Shown here: positions 1 to 11,179 of the stretch, in pieces
How the letters are laid out: the number at the start of each line of letters is the position of its first letter
Position numbering within the stretch: the first letter of the stretch is position 1
Assembly (NCBI GenBank): GCA_963815195.1
Contig: CAWFGE010000024.1
Location: 1-64,000, forward strand
Direction: 5' to 3'
Length of the DNA stretch: 64,000 bases
DNA from: an uncultured Planctomycetaceae bacterium
GTDB lineage: Bacteria > Planctomycetota > Planctomycetia > Planctomycetales > Planctomycetaceae
Program-made: the position numbers and the translations under genes
Notes under the pieces: generated by a model
Databases searched by the model: none
What the model saw: only the letters and a program-made list of their open reading frames with translations
What the model was told of the DNA's origin: nothing

Positions 1-39
1 GTGTGTGGCCGGAAATTCTGGCGGGGTTAAGTTGGTTGG

Positions 40-1170
40 TCAATTGAGGTTCCAGTGAGAGTCCCAGGCGTGGCTTTGGTGGAGGGCTTCCAAGGCCATT
101 ACGGCCAGGGCGTTGTCGGGATCCCAGCGGCGGCCTTTGCCTTTGATGCGGCTGGTGGTCGTGCGGCATTGGGCTTCGGTTGGACCGCTGCCGATTTGCC
201 ACCCGTTGGCGCGGAACTCGGGGTATTTAATCAGATGGCTGCGTTCGGCCATGTAGTGCAAGAGTCCATCCAGGGCTTGCTTTTTCGTTTCGTTTTCCAG
301 TTGGGCCCGCTGGGTCGTGAGCTGATCCCACGCTGTTTCGTAACCTTCATGCTTGAAGGTGTGCATCAATTCGTCCAGCCAGCTTTTGCCGGCTTCGTCG
401 TCTCCGTAAAGCGACCGCCGCGTCTTTTGCGCGTAATCCCGAAGATGCCAGAAGTCGAGTCCGCGGGCGGTCAACCGCAGGCCTTGTTTCTCCGCTTGGC
501 GATCGATCCACACGGCCCCGTCATAAATCCCGATCGAAGCGTCCGCCTGATCCAACTGAATCCGCGAGGCGTCCCGGCACATCACCCGCCCGACCACTTC
601 ATGGTCGCCCCGGCTGACGCTGATCCAGCGGTTTTCCTGGTCTTCCGAATAAAACTGCACCAGACGAAATTCCTTGTACGGGCCGTCGGCGCCCGGCTTC
701 AATCGTTCCAACGGATTGAGAGAGCGGCCCTCGGATTTGCGTTCTTTCCGTTTCTCGACGACCTGAGCCCGCCGCTGCTTCTTTTCCGTCTCCGTGATCA
801 CGGGAACCTTCACGCCGTCACAACCGAAATACACGCGAGTTTCGCCCTCAGGGGTTTGGCAATCCGACGCCTCCCAGTCGGGCCTCAGTTCGTTGCGACG
901 CGTTTGTTCCAAGACCGTTTGGCCTTCGGCTTCGATCAATTGCCGGAGCGTTTCCTTGCCGATCGAAAGCCCCGCCGCACGCTTCAGGGTCACGGACAGT
1001 TCCAGAAAACTGCTTTCGCAACGGTTCAATCGGCAGGCCAATTCGACGACGCCTTGCGTGAACTGCTGGCAGGCTTCGTCCAACCACTCATCCAGCGGCG
1101 TCACGCTGCCGCCGCCGGCTGGTTGCCAGCGAATCCGGCGAAGCTTAACCCGCCCGTTGACCGTCATCAC
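40..1170 (-). CDS. ISKra4-family DDE transposase, main part
   Basis: Motifs TVNGRVKLRR, YFGCDG, IYDGAVWI, LDFWHL, YPEFRANGWQIGSGPTEAQCR, RIKGKGRRW are typical of ISKra4 transposases. Confidence 0.85.
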   Translation of the reverse strand: MMTVNGRVKLRRIRWQPAGGGSVTPLDEWLDEACQQFTQGVVELACRLNRCESSFLELSVTLKRAAGLSIGKETLRQLIEAEGQTVLEQTRRNELRPDWEASDCQTPEGETRVYFGCDGVKVPVITETEKKQRRAQVVEKRKERKSEGRSLNPLERLKPGADGPYKEFRLVQFYSEDQENRWISVSRGDHEVVGRVMCRDASRIQLDQADASIGIYDGAVWIDRQAEKQGLRLTARGLDFWHLRDYAQKTRRSLYGDDEAGKSWLDELMHTFKHEGYETAWDQLTTQRAQLENETKKQALDGLLHYMAERSHLIKYPEFRANGWQIGSGPTEAQCRTTTSRIKGKGRRWDPDNALAVMALEALHQSHAWDSHWNLN

Positions 1171-1454
1171 GGTGTGCTTCTGGCGACCTTTGTTGGCGCA
1201 TGGGTGTTCCCGTCGCTTCGTTCTCCGGAGGGGGGAAAAGCGGACTCGGCTGAGTCCGCTCGCATCTGCACGGCCCGCTCGTAAGCCCGGCGGCGAAACT
1301 CGTGCATCAACTGCCGCACTTGCTCCTCACTGTCGGCAATCACGCGACCGCCCGGCGCCGCATTCACGGCCTCCATCACTTCGCCCAACAAGCCCTCAAG
1401 CTCCGACCGCATTGACTCGATATAAACCTCTTTGGCAACTCGGGGTTCCTGCAT
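1167..1454 (-). CDS. ISKra4 transposase N-terminal part (frameshifted from main ORF)
   Basis: GAGGAGG SD before ATG at 1454; helical region VNAAPGGRVIADSEEQVR; frame change at or after TTTTCCCCCC (~1230-1239). Confidence 0.7.
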   Translation of the reverse strand: MQEPRVAKEVYIESMRSELEGLLGEVMEAVNAAPGGRVIADSEEQVRQLMHEFRRRAYERAVQMRADSAESAFPPSGERSDGNTHAPTKVARSTP

Positions 1455-1731
1455 CGCAATCCCTCCTCTGGAAGTGAAATCAACTCGCCCCCGCACATCG
1501 CGGACGACAGGATTGCCTACTTTACACACTCTACCCAGTTCGCGCCATAGAAAACGGCCAGACACGATCCGGCCGCGTGCGGACTCGGGAATTGCCAGGG
1601 CCGGCAGGTGTGGCACGCCCGGAGGCACGAAGGGTGTGGTCTTTGCGGTTCGCCACGCCGTCGATTCCGCCGACAAACTCGTCCCGTTCGAGATGTCACG
1701 GGAGAAATCGACATGAACGCGTCCATATCAC

Positions 1732-1756
1732 TGTAACAGATTTCCCCGACCCCGTC
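1732..1756 (+). promoter_or_regulatory. Possible ECF-sigma-type promoter upstream of the PQQ-propeller gene
   Basis: TGTAAC-N15-CGTC resembles ECF -35/-10 elements; about 130 nt upstream of ATG 1887. Confidence 0.25.
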
Positions 1757-1886
1757 TGGTTCAAAACCCCCGATCCGGCCGGGGTGCGGGCTGTGGGATT
1801 CGCCAAGCCGGTATGCTTGCGGTGGGCGGGGGAGCGGTCATAATGGGGAACATCGACCATCTCCTTTCCCGTTGCGGAGCCTCGCC

Positions 1887-4800
1887 ATGTCCACGTCCGT
1901 TTCCTCATTGCTCAGAGCCTATGCCACTTGCGCTCTTCGTGTGCTATGCGGGGCAAACCGCCGCCGCGGGGGCCGAGTCCGCCCAAGAGATCATCGAAGC
2001 CGCCGGCGTCCAAGGCGGGTTCATTGTGCATCTCGGCTCTGGCGACGGCGAATTGACGAAGGCGCTCAAGATCAACGAGCGTTTCCAGGTCCACGGCCTG
2101 GATCGCGATCCCGCGAACGTGGAAGCCGCCCGCAAATCCCTCCGGCAAAAAGGCGTTTATGGTCCCGTCGCGGTCGATCGCCTCTCGGGCAATCGGCTGC
2201 CTTATATCGATCAATTGGTGAACCTCGTCGTCGCGGAAAACCTGGACGGGATCTCGATGGACGAGGTGATGCGCGTGCTCGCTCCGCGGGGCGTGGCTTA
2301 TATCAAAACCGGCGGCGAGTGGAAGAAGACCGTCAAACCCTGGCCGGTGAATATCGATGAGTGGACCCATTATCTCCACGACGCTGGCGGGAATGCGGTC
2401 GCCCACGACGAAGTCGTCGGTCCGCCCCGGCATCTGCAATGGCTCGGCAATCCCCGCTGGTCCCGCCATCACGACCGCATGGCCAGCATGAGCGCCCTCG
2501 TTTCCGCCAAGGGCCGGATTTTCTACGTGATGGATGAAGGCTCCCGCGTGTCGATCGAACTGCCGCCCAAGTGGACCCTCATCGCCCGCGATGCGTTTAA
2601 CGGCGTGGTCCTGTGGAAACGGCCCCTCAAAGACTGGCACAGCCATCTGTATCCGCTCAAAAGCGGCCCCACCCAGCTCGCCCGCCGATTGGTCGCTTCG
2701 GGGGACAAGGTTTATATCACGCTGGGGTTGGAAGAGCCGACGTCCGTCCTCGACGCCGCGACCGGCGAGGTTCTCGAGACCTACAAACAAACCGGCACCA
2801 CGGAAGAGTTCGTCGAATCGAACGGGGATTTGATCTGCCTGGTGAACCACGAGAAAAACGAACTCGCCGACTTCCGCCCCGAGTTTAACACGGGCGACCA
2901 GCGCCGGGTCCGCGAAGGCAAGGAATTCCATTGGAACGAAAAGCCCCGCGAGGTCGTGGCGGTCAACTCAGAAACCGGCAAAACCCTGTGGAGCAAGAAA
3001 ACGGTGATGGCTCCGCTCACCCTCACCGCCGACGGAAAGCATGTGATCTTTCACGACGGCGAAAAGATCGTCTGCCTGGACCAGAAGACCGGCGACGAGC
3101 TGTGGTCGTCTTCCCCCGTCAAGCACAAGCCCGACGTGACCACCAACTTCGGTCCCCGGCTGATCCTTTACAAAAACGTCGTATTGTTCGCCGGCGGCGA
3201 TCGGAACATGCATGCGTTCTCGACCAAGAACGGCGAAAAGCTCTGGACCGCGCCGCATGGAAAGTCCGGTTACGAGTCGCCCGAAGACTTGATGGTCGCG
3301 GGCGGCCTGGTGTGGAACGCCCCCACCACGCGAACCAACGATACCGGCATCCTCACCGGCCGGAACCCGCTCACCGGCGAAGTCAAAGTCGAGTTCCCGC
3401 CCGACGAGAACACCTACTGGTTCCATCACCGCTGCTACATCGCCAAGGCCACGGACAATTTCATCATGCCGTCGCGGACCGGCGTGGAGTTCGTCAACCT
3501 CCAAAAGAAGGATTGGGAAATCAACCATTGGGTGCGGGGCGGTTGCTTGTACGGCGTGATGCCCGCCAACGGCCTGCTCTATACGCCGCCGCACGATTGC
3601 TTCTGCTATCCCGAAGCCAAGCTGTTCGGCTTTAACGCCCTGGCCCCGGCGTCGGCCAGCCGCGATCTTCCGAAAAACATCTCCGACGAAAACCGCCTCG
3701 AAAAGGGCCCGGCTTACAGTCAAGAAATCGCGGCGGCCGGTTCGAAGGACAGCGATTGGCCGACCTATCGGCACGACATCACCCGCAGCGGGCGTTCGCC
3801 GAGCCAGGTCTCCGCCGATCTCAAAACAGATTGGAAAACCAAAATCGGCGGCCGCTTGAGCGCGGTGTCCATCGCCGACGGTAAACTCTATGTGGCCCAA
3901 GTCGATGCCCACACTTTGCATGCCCTCGACGAAAAAACCGGCAAGGAACTCTGGCAATACACGGCGGGCGGGCGGATCGATTCGCCGCCCACGATTCACG
4001 AAGGCCGGGCGCTGTTCGGTTCGGCCGACGGCTGGGCGTATTGCCTGCGGGCGGACAACGGCGAGTTGATCTGGCGGTTCCGCGGTGCTCCCCAAGACCG
4101 CCGATTGATGGCCCTCGAACAGCTCGAATCGGTCTGGCCCGTCCACGGCAACATTTTGGTGCGGGACGGGATCGCCTGGTTCGTCGCGGGCCGCTCGAAC
4201 TATCTCGACAGCGGTTTGAGGCTCTACCGGCTCAACCCCAAGACCGGCGAGAAATTGACCGAAATCGTCATCGACGAGCGCGACCCCGAAACCGGCGAGA
4301 ACCTCCAAAAACGCCTGCAAACTTTGCAAATGCCCACGGGGCTTGCCGACATTCTTTCCGGCGACGACAAGCACGTTTACATGCGGTCGCAGCGGTTTGA
4401 TCTGATGGGCAAACGCGAAGACCTCGGCCCGCACTCCGGCAACACGGCCATTCAAGGCGGGACCCAGCGCGGCGAAGGCGTGCACCTGTTCTCGCCCACC
4501 GGCTTCATGGACGACACGTACTTCCACCGGTCGTATTGGGTCTACGGCCGCAGCTTTGCCGGCGGGCACAACGGCTACTATCAAGCCGGGAAGTTCGCCC
4601 CCGCCGGCCGGTTGTTGGCGTTTGACGAAGCATCCGTGTACGGTTTCGGCCGCAAACCGGAATATCTGAAGTGGACCACGACAATGGAGCACCAGCTCTT
4701 CGCCACCAGCAAGGAGCCACCCGAAGTCCCCGAAAGCACGCCCGCTTCCCGCCGAGGGAAAGGTCAAGCGGCTTCGAGTACCACCGTGGTCCGCATCAAA

Positions 4801-5805
4801 AACTCGCCGAGCCTCGATCCCACAAACAAACCGTTGACCATCGAAGCCTGGGTGAAGTCCGAAAAGCCCAACGGCGTCGTCCTGGCCCGCGGCGGCCCGC
4901 AATTGGGATATGCCCTCTTGTTCCAAGCCGGAAAACCGCAGTTCATCCTGCGAACCGGCGATAAAGTTTTCACCGCCGCCGCTGAAAAACGAAACGTCAA
5001 CCAGTGGGTGCATCTCGTCGGCACGCTCGGCGAAGACAAGACGCTCAAACTTTATGTGGACGGAAAACTCGCCGGCAGCACAGAGGTGTCCGGACTGCTT
5101 TCCGCCGAGCCGAAGCAGGCCACGGAAATCGGTGCCGACGAAGGCGGAGCGGTGGGCGATTACCAAAGCCCGCTCCCGTTCGCAGGCGTGATCGACGAAG
5201 TCCGCATCTATCACGCCGCCCTCTCCGCCGCCGACGTAAGTCAGCGGTTCGCCAAACCGGACGTGCCCGTGCAAACGGACTCCCAGGTCTTGGCCTGTTC
5301 CTTCGACAAAGGCCGGGCCGCGGACGGTTCGGGGCAGAAGAATAACGGCGTCATTGCCGGGGCAACCGCCGTGGAAGGCAAAATCGCCCAGGGCCTCCAA
5401 TTCAGCGGCCAGGCTCGCCGCGGTAACGCCGCCGGCAACCAGTTTGCCGGGAGCCTCGTCGTCCGCTCTTGGAACCGCGACGTTCCGCTGATGGTCCAAG
5501 CCATCGCGCTGGCGGACAAGACCTTGTTCGTCGCGGGGCCGCCGGATGTCCTCGATGAAGAAGCCGCGTTCGAGCGGCTTCGCGTCGGCGATCCGCGGAT
5601 TCAAAAAGCCCTCTCCGCACAGAACGCTTCACTCAACGGAGAACACGGCTGCTTACTGTTGGCCGTCTCCACCAGCGACGGCAAAACCCTCAAGGAAACG
5701 AAGCTCGACGCGCTGCCGGTGTGGGACGGTCTCGCCGTCGCCAACGGCCGGCTGTATGTCGCCAATACCGAGGGCGAAGTCGTCTGCTTAACGCCCAGCA
5801 AGTAA
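1887..5805 (+). CDS. Secreted methyltransferase-like / PQQ-type beta-propeller repeat protein with inserted LamG domain
   Basis: ORF 1813-5805. The true start is probably ATG 1887 (GGAG SD; signal-peptide-like MSTSVSSLLRAYATCAL in another frame, indel near 1935). Contains VHLGSGDG SAM-like motif, DEWTHYLHD, DWPTYRHD, repeated LDxxTGxxLW, and LamG (TIEAWVK...HLVGT...LYVDG...IDEVRIY) at ~4790-5410. Confidence 0.85.
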
Positions 5806-5824
5806 GGCGGCGTTTTCCGAAGAC

Positions 5825-6763
5825 CTATTCCAACCTCGGCCGGCGGGCCAACAATTTCATCCCGCCGGCCAGGTGCGGAAGACGCCAAAAGGCCCGGAGC
5901 CAGAATCCGGGCTTTTTCCACTCTAGGCCGGCTCCTTCTCCCATCCAGTTGTTATACAGCACGAGCCGGCGATACCTTCGCTCCCACCGCCGGACGTGGT
6001 CTTCGGGAAACCACTGACAAAAGGGTTCCGTCCGCATCAGCCGGGCCGTCCGCGCAATCAGCGCCAGCGTTTTCTCATTGTCGTATCGCGACTGGGCGCT
6101 AAAGCTGGAATCCAATCGCCGCCAGAGTGCAAGTTTCTCCGGCACATAGCACATCCCGTATTTGAGGGCAATCGCCCGCGCGGAAAACGTGTCCCCCCAC
6201 GAACCCAATTCCTCTTGATACCAGCCCATTTCCTTGAGCGCTTCCCGCCGGTAAACCGTCGCGGTGCACAGCGAATGCGCCGGCGATTCTTGTTCCAAAT
6301 AATCTTCGAGCACCTCGCGCGGCGAGGCATAAAACGGTTCCTGCCAGCGGCGAATCTGCATCACGCCGAGTTCCCGCCCCTCTGCATCACCGATGACAAA
6401 CTGCGTCGAGATCAAACCCGCGTACGGATGACCAGCCGCCATTTCCATGGTGCGCTTTAGGAAATCGGAAAACCGCACATCATCCGCCGCCCCGGCATAG
6501 ACATAATCCCCCGTGGCGGCTTCAAACAACCGCCGATGCGCCTCGTTCACGCCGAGATTACGGACATTATATATGGGGTGAATCAGCGGATGTTTCTTCG
6601 CATAGTCTTCAATGATCGAGCCGCTTTCATCACTCGAGGCATCATCCATGATGAGGAATTCATCGGGAGGACGAGATTGCCTCAGAATCTGTTCAATCGC
6701 CTGCGGAAGATACCGGGCGTGATTGTAGTTCGGCATCACCACAGACAGTGTTGGTTGCGACAT
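5825..6763 (-). CDS. Glycosyltransferase family 2
   Basis: N-terminal SVVMPNYNHARYL, IMDDASSD and ADD motifs. Confidence 0.9.
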   Translation of the reverse strand: MSQPTLSVVMPNYNHARYLPQAIEQILRQSRPPDEFLIMDDASSDESGSIIEDYAKKHPLIHPIYNVRNLGVNEAHRRLFEAATGDYVYAGAADDVRFSDFLKRTMEMAAGHPYAGLISTQFVIGDAEGRELGVMQIRRWQEPFYASPREVLEDYLEQESPAHSLCTATVYRREALKEMGWYQEELGSWGDTFSARAIALKYGMCYVPEKLALWRRLDSSFSAQSRYDNEKTLALIARTARLMRTEPFCQWFPEDHVRRWERRYRRLVLYNNWMGEGAGLEWKKPGFWLRAFWRLPHLAGGMKLLARRPRLE

Positions 6764-6817
6764 CTTTCCATCAACCGAAAGCCAAAAACTGCGAACAAGC
6801 TTTAAGGTCGTTTCGCA

Positions 6818-7480
6818 TCACTCAAAATAAATAAACCCATAATCGCCGGTATAGTTTGTGTGGCGAAACCACCACTTCCATTCATCCGGCGTGCAAAACT
6901 GCCGGCAGGTAAGCTGCCAATACATCAGATTGACTTTTTCTTGTTCGGTCCGATAGGCCTCGACGGTCAAATACATTGCGCCGCGATTCACGCGATTGAT
7001 TTCGTTCAAAGCCCGTTCCAATTCCGGATTATAGAGGTTATGCAGCGTATTGATCGAGTACACCAGGTCAAAGGAGCCGTCCGCAAAAGGGAGCGAAACC
7101 GCCGACCCGCGAACCAGGCCGGTTTGAACTTCGGGCTTGGCATTTACTAACGCATGCTTCGATATGTCCAAGCCGAAGACTTTAGCCCCCGGAAGGAGAC
7201 TGGAGAATTCATAGAGCAAAAACGCCTTCCCGCAGCCGACATCCAGGATCCGCGCATCCGACGGAAGTTTGTAATGTTCGATCATCGCTTCAGCCACAGG
7301 CCGCCAGCGGCCATCATAAGTAAACCCGCCGTAGCCGTGTTTTCGGTCGCCGTCCCAATACTCCCGGCCCCATCGGAGCGCAATCTCCGCACAAGCGGCC
7401 TTGTCGTGCTCAACCACGCGCTCTAAATAGTTCCGTGGCGTCGAGCGATGCACTTTGCTGATGAATTCCAGTTCCGGCAT
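6818..7480 (-). CDS. Class I SAM-dependent methyltransferase
   Basis: ILDVGCGKA motif I, GLDIS, LPFADGSFDLV. Confidence 0.9.
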   Translation of the reverse strand: MPELEFISKVHRSTPRNYLERVVEHDKAACAEIALRWGREYWDGDRKHGYGGFTYDGRWRPVAEAMIEHYKLPSDARILDVGCGKAFLLYEFSSLLPGAKVFGLDISKHALVNAKPEVQTGLVRGSAVSLPFADGSFDLVYSINTLHNLYNPELERALNEINRVNRGAMYLTVEAYRTEQEKVNLMYWQLTCRQFCTPDEWKWWFRHTNYTGDYGFIYFE

Positions 7481-7494
7481 GTCAAGTCGATATC

Positions 7495-8502
7495 CTAGGG
7501 CCGATGTTGATATTCATGCGGCTGGTTATGGATTTCGTTCCAATAGTTTTCGATCCAATCCCTCGTTTCGAGCAAACCTTCGTCGAGAGAAACCGCTGGT
7601 TGCCAGCCGAGTTCTTGTCGGGCACGTGCGGAATTGATGACATAAGCCGCATCCTGCCCCGGCCGTTCGTCTGCCATTTGAGTAACTTCCTCGAATGATT
7701 CATCCATCAAATCGCAGATCTTCCGAACGAGATCACGAATGGCGATTCCACCACCGGGAGACAAGTGGTAGATGCTACCGAGATCGCCGCGTTCCAGGAT
7801 CTTTAATTCGCCCCGCGACACATCTCGGATATGGACATAAGACTTGACCGCTTGGCCGCCGCCGTGCAGGAAGATTTTACGATTCATTTTAAGAGAAATA
7901 AACGAGCGGGGAATGATCTTAAACAGTTGCTGCCTGGCTCCATACACGTTCGTCGCCCGCACGGTCACAAGCGGGAACTGATATTGTTCATAATAGGTTT
8001 TGAGCAGCAAATCCGCCCCGGCCTTGGAGGCCGCATAAGGCGTGCTGGGATTGAGCGCGGCGTCTTCTGTTACATCGCCGGCGCAAGTCCCATACACCTC
8101 CGGCGAGGAAATATGAAGATAACGCTCCAGATAGGTTTGCTTGCGGAGATGATTCACCAGCCGCGCCAAGGCGACGGTGTTGGTCTCGAACCAATGTTCC
8201 GGATGCTCCCAGCTCGGGGCGACTTCGCTTTGGGCCGCGAAGTTGACGATCCACTCCGGGCGTTCCTGGTCCAATAGACCCAGCAGTTGATCCATTTGTG
8301 TATTAAGGTCGCAAGGAACATAGCGAAACCGCGAAAGGTCTTGGCGCTTTCGATACCTTAAACACCAATCGGGCTTCGCAAGCGATCGGCTCGTCCCGAT
8401 GACGGTATAGAGGGGATGGTCCAGAAGCAAATCGACAAAGTCCTGCCCGGAAAATGAGTGGGCTCCGACGACCAGGATTTTTTTAGAGGCAGCCATCGTC
8501 AC
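7495..8502 (-). CDS. NAD-dependent NDP-sugar 4,6-dehydratase-like extended SDR
   Basis: VVGAHSFSG Rossmann variant, NFAAQSEV, SSPEVYG, YAASK catalytic motif, NVYG. Confidence 0.9.
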   Translation of the reverse strand: MTMAASKKILVVGAHSFSGQDFVDLLLDHPLYTVIGTSRSLAKPDWCLRYRKRQDLSRFRYVPCDLNTQMDQLLGLLDQERPEWIVNFAAQSEVAPSWEHPEHWFETNTVALARLVNHLRKQTYLERYLHISSPEVYGTCAGDVTEDAALNPSTPYAASKAGADLLLKTYYEQYQFPLVTVRATNVYGARQQLFKIIPRSFISLKMNRKIFLHGGGQAVKSYVHIRDVSRGELKILERGDLGSIYHLSPGGGIAIRDLVRKICDLMDESFEEVTQMADERPGQDAAYVINSARARQELGWQPAVSLDEGLLETRDWIENYWNEIHNQPHEYQHRP

Positions 8503-9524
8503 TCCTGTCCAACATTGTTTGAGCCTTCCGAAGTTGCTCCGCCAGCCTGAGGTCGTTGGGTTCCTGCTGACCGCTAAACCGGCGGCGCGCTTCCCGCCGG
8601 CAGGAAGTCATTCAGCAAGATGCAGCACCATTTCATCGTGTAAACCGGAAACAGCGCCTGCACGCGCTCTTCGAGATTCCATTCTCCGGGAACAATCGCC
8701 GCGAGGTTTTGCAGCATCGTTTTCAGATAAATCCGCGGCACGGGGACTTCCGGCTGATGAAAGAAGTCGCAAACGAGCTTGGCCGGGTCATCCCAGCCGG
8801 CGTATTCGAAATCCAAAAAACACAATTCGCCGTTCGCACGGAACAAGACATTATGAAAGCCAAAATCCGACGGAGAAAGGATGCGGACTCGCTCGAAACC
8901 TATTTCCGCCGCTTCTTCAACGTTTAATAGCCGATCCTCGACTTCCGATCGCAACCGAGTCCAGCAAGGCATGAGTCGGTCCCGAACAAACTCCCGGGCT
9001 TGCGAGTGTATTGCACTCGATTTGGTCAGTTGATGCAATTTCGCAAGTCGCCCCTCCACGCAGTCCAGGTGCTCCTGCCTATGAAAGCATGCCTCGGATG
9101 CGATAGGGAAAGCCCTGGCCTCCGGGTGATCGCGGTGCCGATTGAGGTCTAATACAAAGCGGATCGCTTGATCGATGGAACGTTCGTCAAGATCTGAGGC
9201 GGTGAAACCTCGGCCATCGATATATTCATAGAGCGCAACGTGTTCCCCGGGACAGGTTGCCAACGGCTTGGAAATGTTATGGATCCTTTGCGACCAGGCA
9301 TAGCTGGAAAACTGATACTCATGGGCCAGGCGATCGCGGGGATCGCCGGGATGCGTGAAATAGTATTTGAGACAATACCGGGATTCGCCGCATTCCACGC
9401 GATAGACTTGATTATTAGCGCCTCCCGGCAAACGCGCCCACCGCAGCGTAACCGGCGCTGCATTATCAACCTGCCGGATCAGCTTGGCCGCTGTTATTTG
9501 TAATCGTTCGGGAAGTTGAGTCAT
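8483..9524 (-). CDS. Aminoglycoside-phosphotransferase/choline-kinase-like kinase
   Basis: GGANNQVY, SPSDFGFHN, LDFEYAGWDD. ORF 8574-9524; the C-terminus appears to continue in another frame to a stop near 8483. Confidence 0.85.
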
Positions 9525-10132
9525 ATAAGATCGAAGAGTAGTGCGGGCAATTCCCGCCAGGATTGGATCGTCGGCAAGCGGACGTCGGCGTCTGTGCTAT
9601 TCGCGGGGTCAAACAGAATCGGCTGAACCGATTGGGGAAACTGCGGATCGAGCAGAAACTCAGAAAGATCATCCACGAAAAATCGGCAATTCGTCAGCCT
9701 AATGCGCTCGAATTTTGCATCGCGGGCTTGCTCGAACCAGATTTGATCGATCAGATTTTCGCTTGAATTCTCTCCATAGAATCTTCGATCGGCGAGCCAG
9801 TCTTTGGCGGCCGAGTGCAGGTTCCATCTCGGTCCAAGCGCCGGCCATTGGGTTTTGTGGCTGACTAAGTGGATGGTGGCTCCCAGCGATCGCAATTGGG
9901 AAAGCGTCTCGGCCGCCCCTTCATAGGCGCCCGCTTGCGAAATCAAGTTTCCATAGACGAGCCCCTGGAGTCTGGTCCAAGCGTCATTCCCGGAATGCGT
10001 TCTGATATAGTCGCGGATCCGGGTCTTATTGGCGGGAAGATCTTGGGGAATGATTCCTTGTTCCAATGCCGCGCGATAGAAAACATCGTCGTATTGGATC
10101 AGTGTGTTGTCGAAATCGATGCCGAGTCGCAT
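9521..10132 (-). CDS. HAD-superfamily phosphatase-like protein
   Basis: GIDFDNTL (DxD motif I), VSHKT, FVDDL. Confidence 0.85.
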   Translation of the reverse strand: MRLGIDFDNTLIQYDDVFYRAALEQGIIPQDLPANKTRIRDYIRTHSGNDAWTRLQGLVYGNLISQAGAYEGAAETLSQLRSLGATIHLVSHKTQWPALGPRWNLHSAAKDWLADRRFYGENSSENLIDQIWFEQARDAKFERIRLTNCRFFVDDLSEFLLDPQFPQSVQPILFDPANSTDADVRLPTIQSWRELPALLFDLI

Positions 10133-10141
10133 TTTCAGTGC

Positions 10142-11179
10142 TTATAAACTCATATCAATGATCGGACGGGTGACGTAGCGGTGCTCTAAGTCGGCAAGGG
10201 CGACATTAATACTTTCTAAAGCATAGACGGCCGGGTCGAGCGGGGCGGCCGTGATTCGTTTTTCCTTGAACCAGGATTGGTAAAGGGGGAAATCCTCATC
10301 AGGCGAACTCTCGCCGCCCCAGGTTCCTAAGAGTCGTTTGCCTTGGTTGAACTGCTGAGGATCAAGGACTAGCTCTTGACCATAGGCGGCGTTGCCGATG
10401 ATCGCCACGGTTCCGCCGCGAGATTTGACGGCTGACAAAGCCTCTCGCATAACTTTGACCTGTCCCGTGGCTTCGACGGCATACGAAACGCCTTGCGGGC
10501 AGACCTTACGGACTTCCTCAAGCAAGTCTTGTTCTTGCGCATGTATTAAATGCGTGGCCCCCAACGCGCGGGCGGCTTCAAGCCGGTCATTATTCAGGTC
10601 GGCGACAAGAATCGGTCCGGCTTCCATCAGCTTAGCACCGGCGACGGCAAATAGCCCGATGCCGCCTGCCCCTAATATAAGGACGCTCGATTTCGGGGCG
10701 ACTTGAAGCGTGTTTCTGATAACACCGAGTCCGGTCGCGACCGCGCAGCCGAGGAAAGCGGCTTCGGCCGGCGAAAGGTCAGACGTTTGCGGGGTAATGC
10801 GATTTTCACTGACGACCGCGTGGCGCATGAAAGTCGTAATGCCACCCGCGTTCACCGTTCGGTTGTTCCAACGGTACTTTGTGCCCGGCACATCCGCTCC
10901 GCCGCCTTTGATCCACGACAAAATCACCCGGTCGCCGGGTCGGCATTTGATCACTTGCGCACCGACATCGATGACAATCCCGCTTCCCTCGTGCCCCAGG
11001 CCATGCGGAAGAAACCGGTCTTCGCCGCGCTGGCCTTGCCATTCCAAGAGCTGCGTATGGCAGACCCCGGAATTGGCGATTTCCACAAGAACCTGGCCCG
11101 GAGCCAAGGAGGGAATCTCCAAGTCGGCCAGTTCCAAGGGTTGTCCGGGCTGGACTAAAACCGCGGCGGTGGTCTTCAT
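10142..11179 (-). CDS. Zinc-binding (MDR) alcohol/polyol dehydrogenase
   Basis: GVCHTQ, GHEGSG, GAGGIG. Start MKTTAAVL at 11179 overlaps the upstream stop (ATGA). No structural-Zn cysteine cluster is present. Confidence 0.9.
   Translation of the reverse strand: MKTTAAVLVQPGQPLELADLEIPSLAPGQVLVEIANSGVCHTQLLEWQGQRGEDRFLPHGLGHEGSGIVIDVGAQVIKCRPGDRVILSWIKGGGADVPGTKYRWNNRTVNAGGITTFMRHAVVSENRITPQTSDLSPAEAAFLGCAVATGLGVIRNTLQVAPKSSVLILGAGGIGLFAVAGAKLMEAGPILVADLNNDRLEAARALGATHLIHAQEQDLLEEVRKVCPQGVSYAVEATGQVKVMREALSAVKSRGGTVAIIGNAAYGQELVLDPQQFNQGKRLLGTWGGESSPDEDFPLYQSWFKEKRITAAPLDPAVYALESINVALADLEHRYVTRPIIDMSL

Larger units (their letters stand above)
1..1565 (-). mobile_element. ISKra4-like insertion sequence
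   Basis: Imperfect terminal inverted repeats: 1-23 GTGTGTGGCCGgaaattcTGGCG vs reverse complement of 1543-1565 GTGTCTGGCCGttttctaTGGCG (10/11 terminal match). They enclose a DDE transposase. The TSD cannot be checked because the window starts at the IS end. Confidence 0.75.

Noticed and set aside
2968..5604. Long antisense ORFs (also 17496-19190, 29412-31121, 32323-33939, 56685-58028)
   Set aside because: Shadow frames of GC-rich or repetitive genes on the opposite strand; no recognisable motifs.
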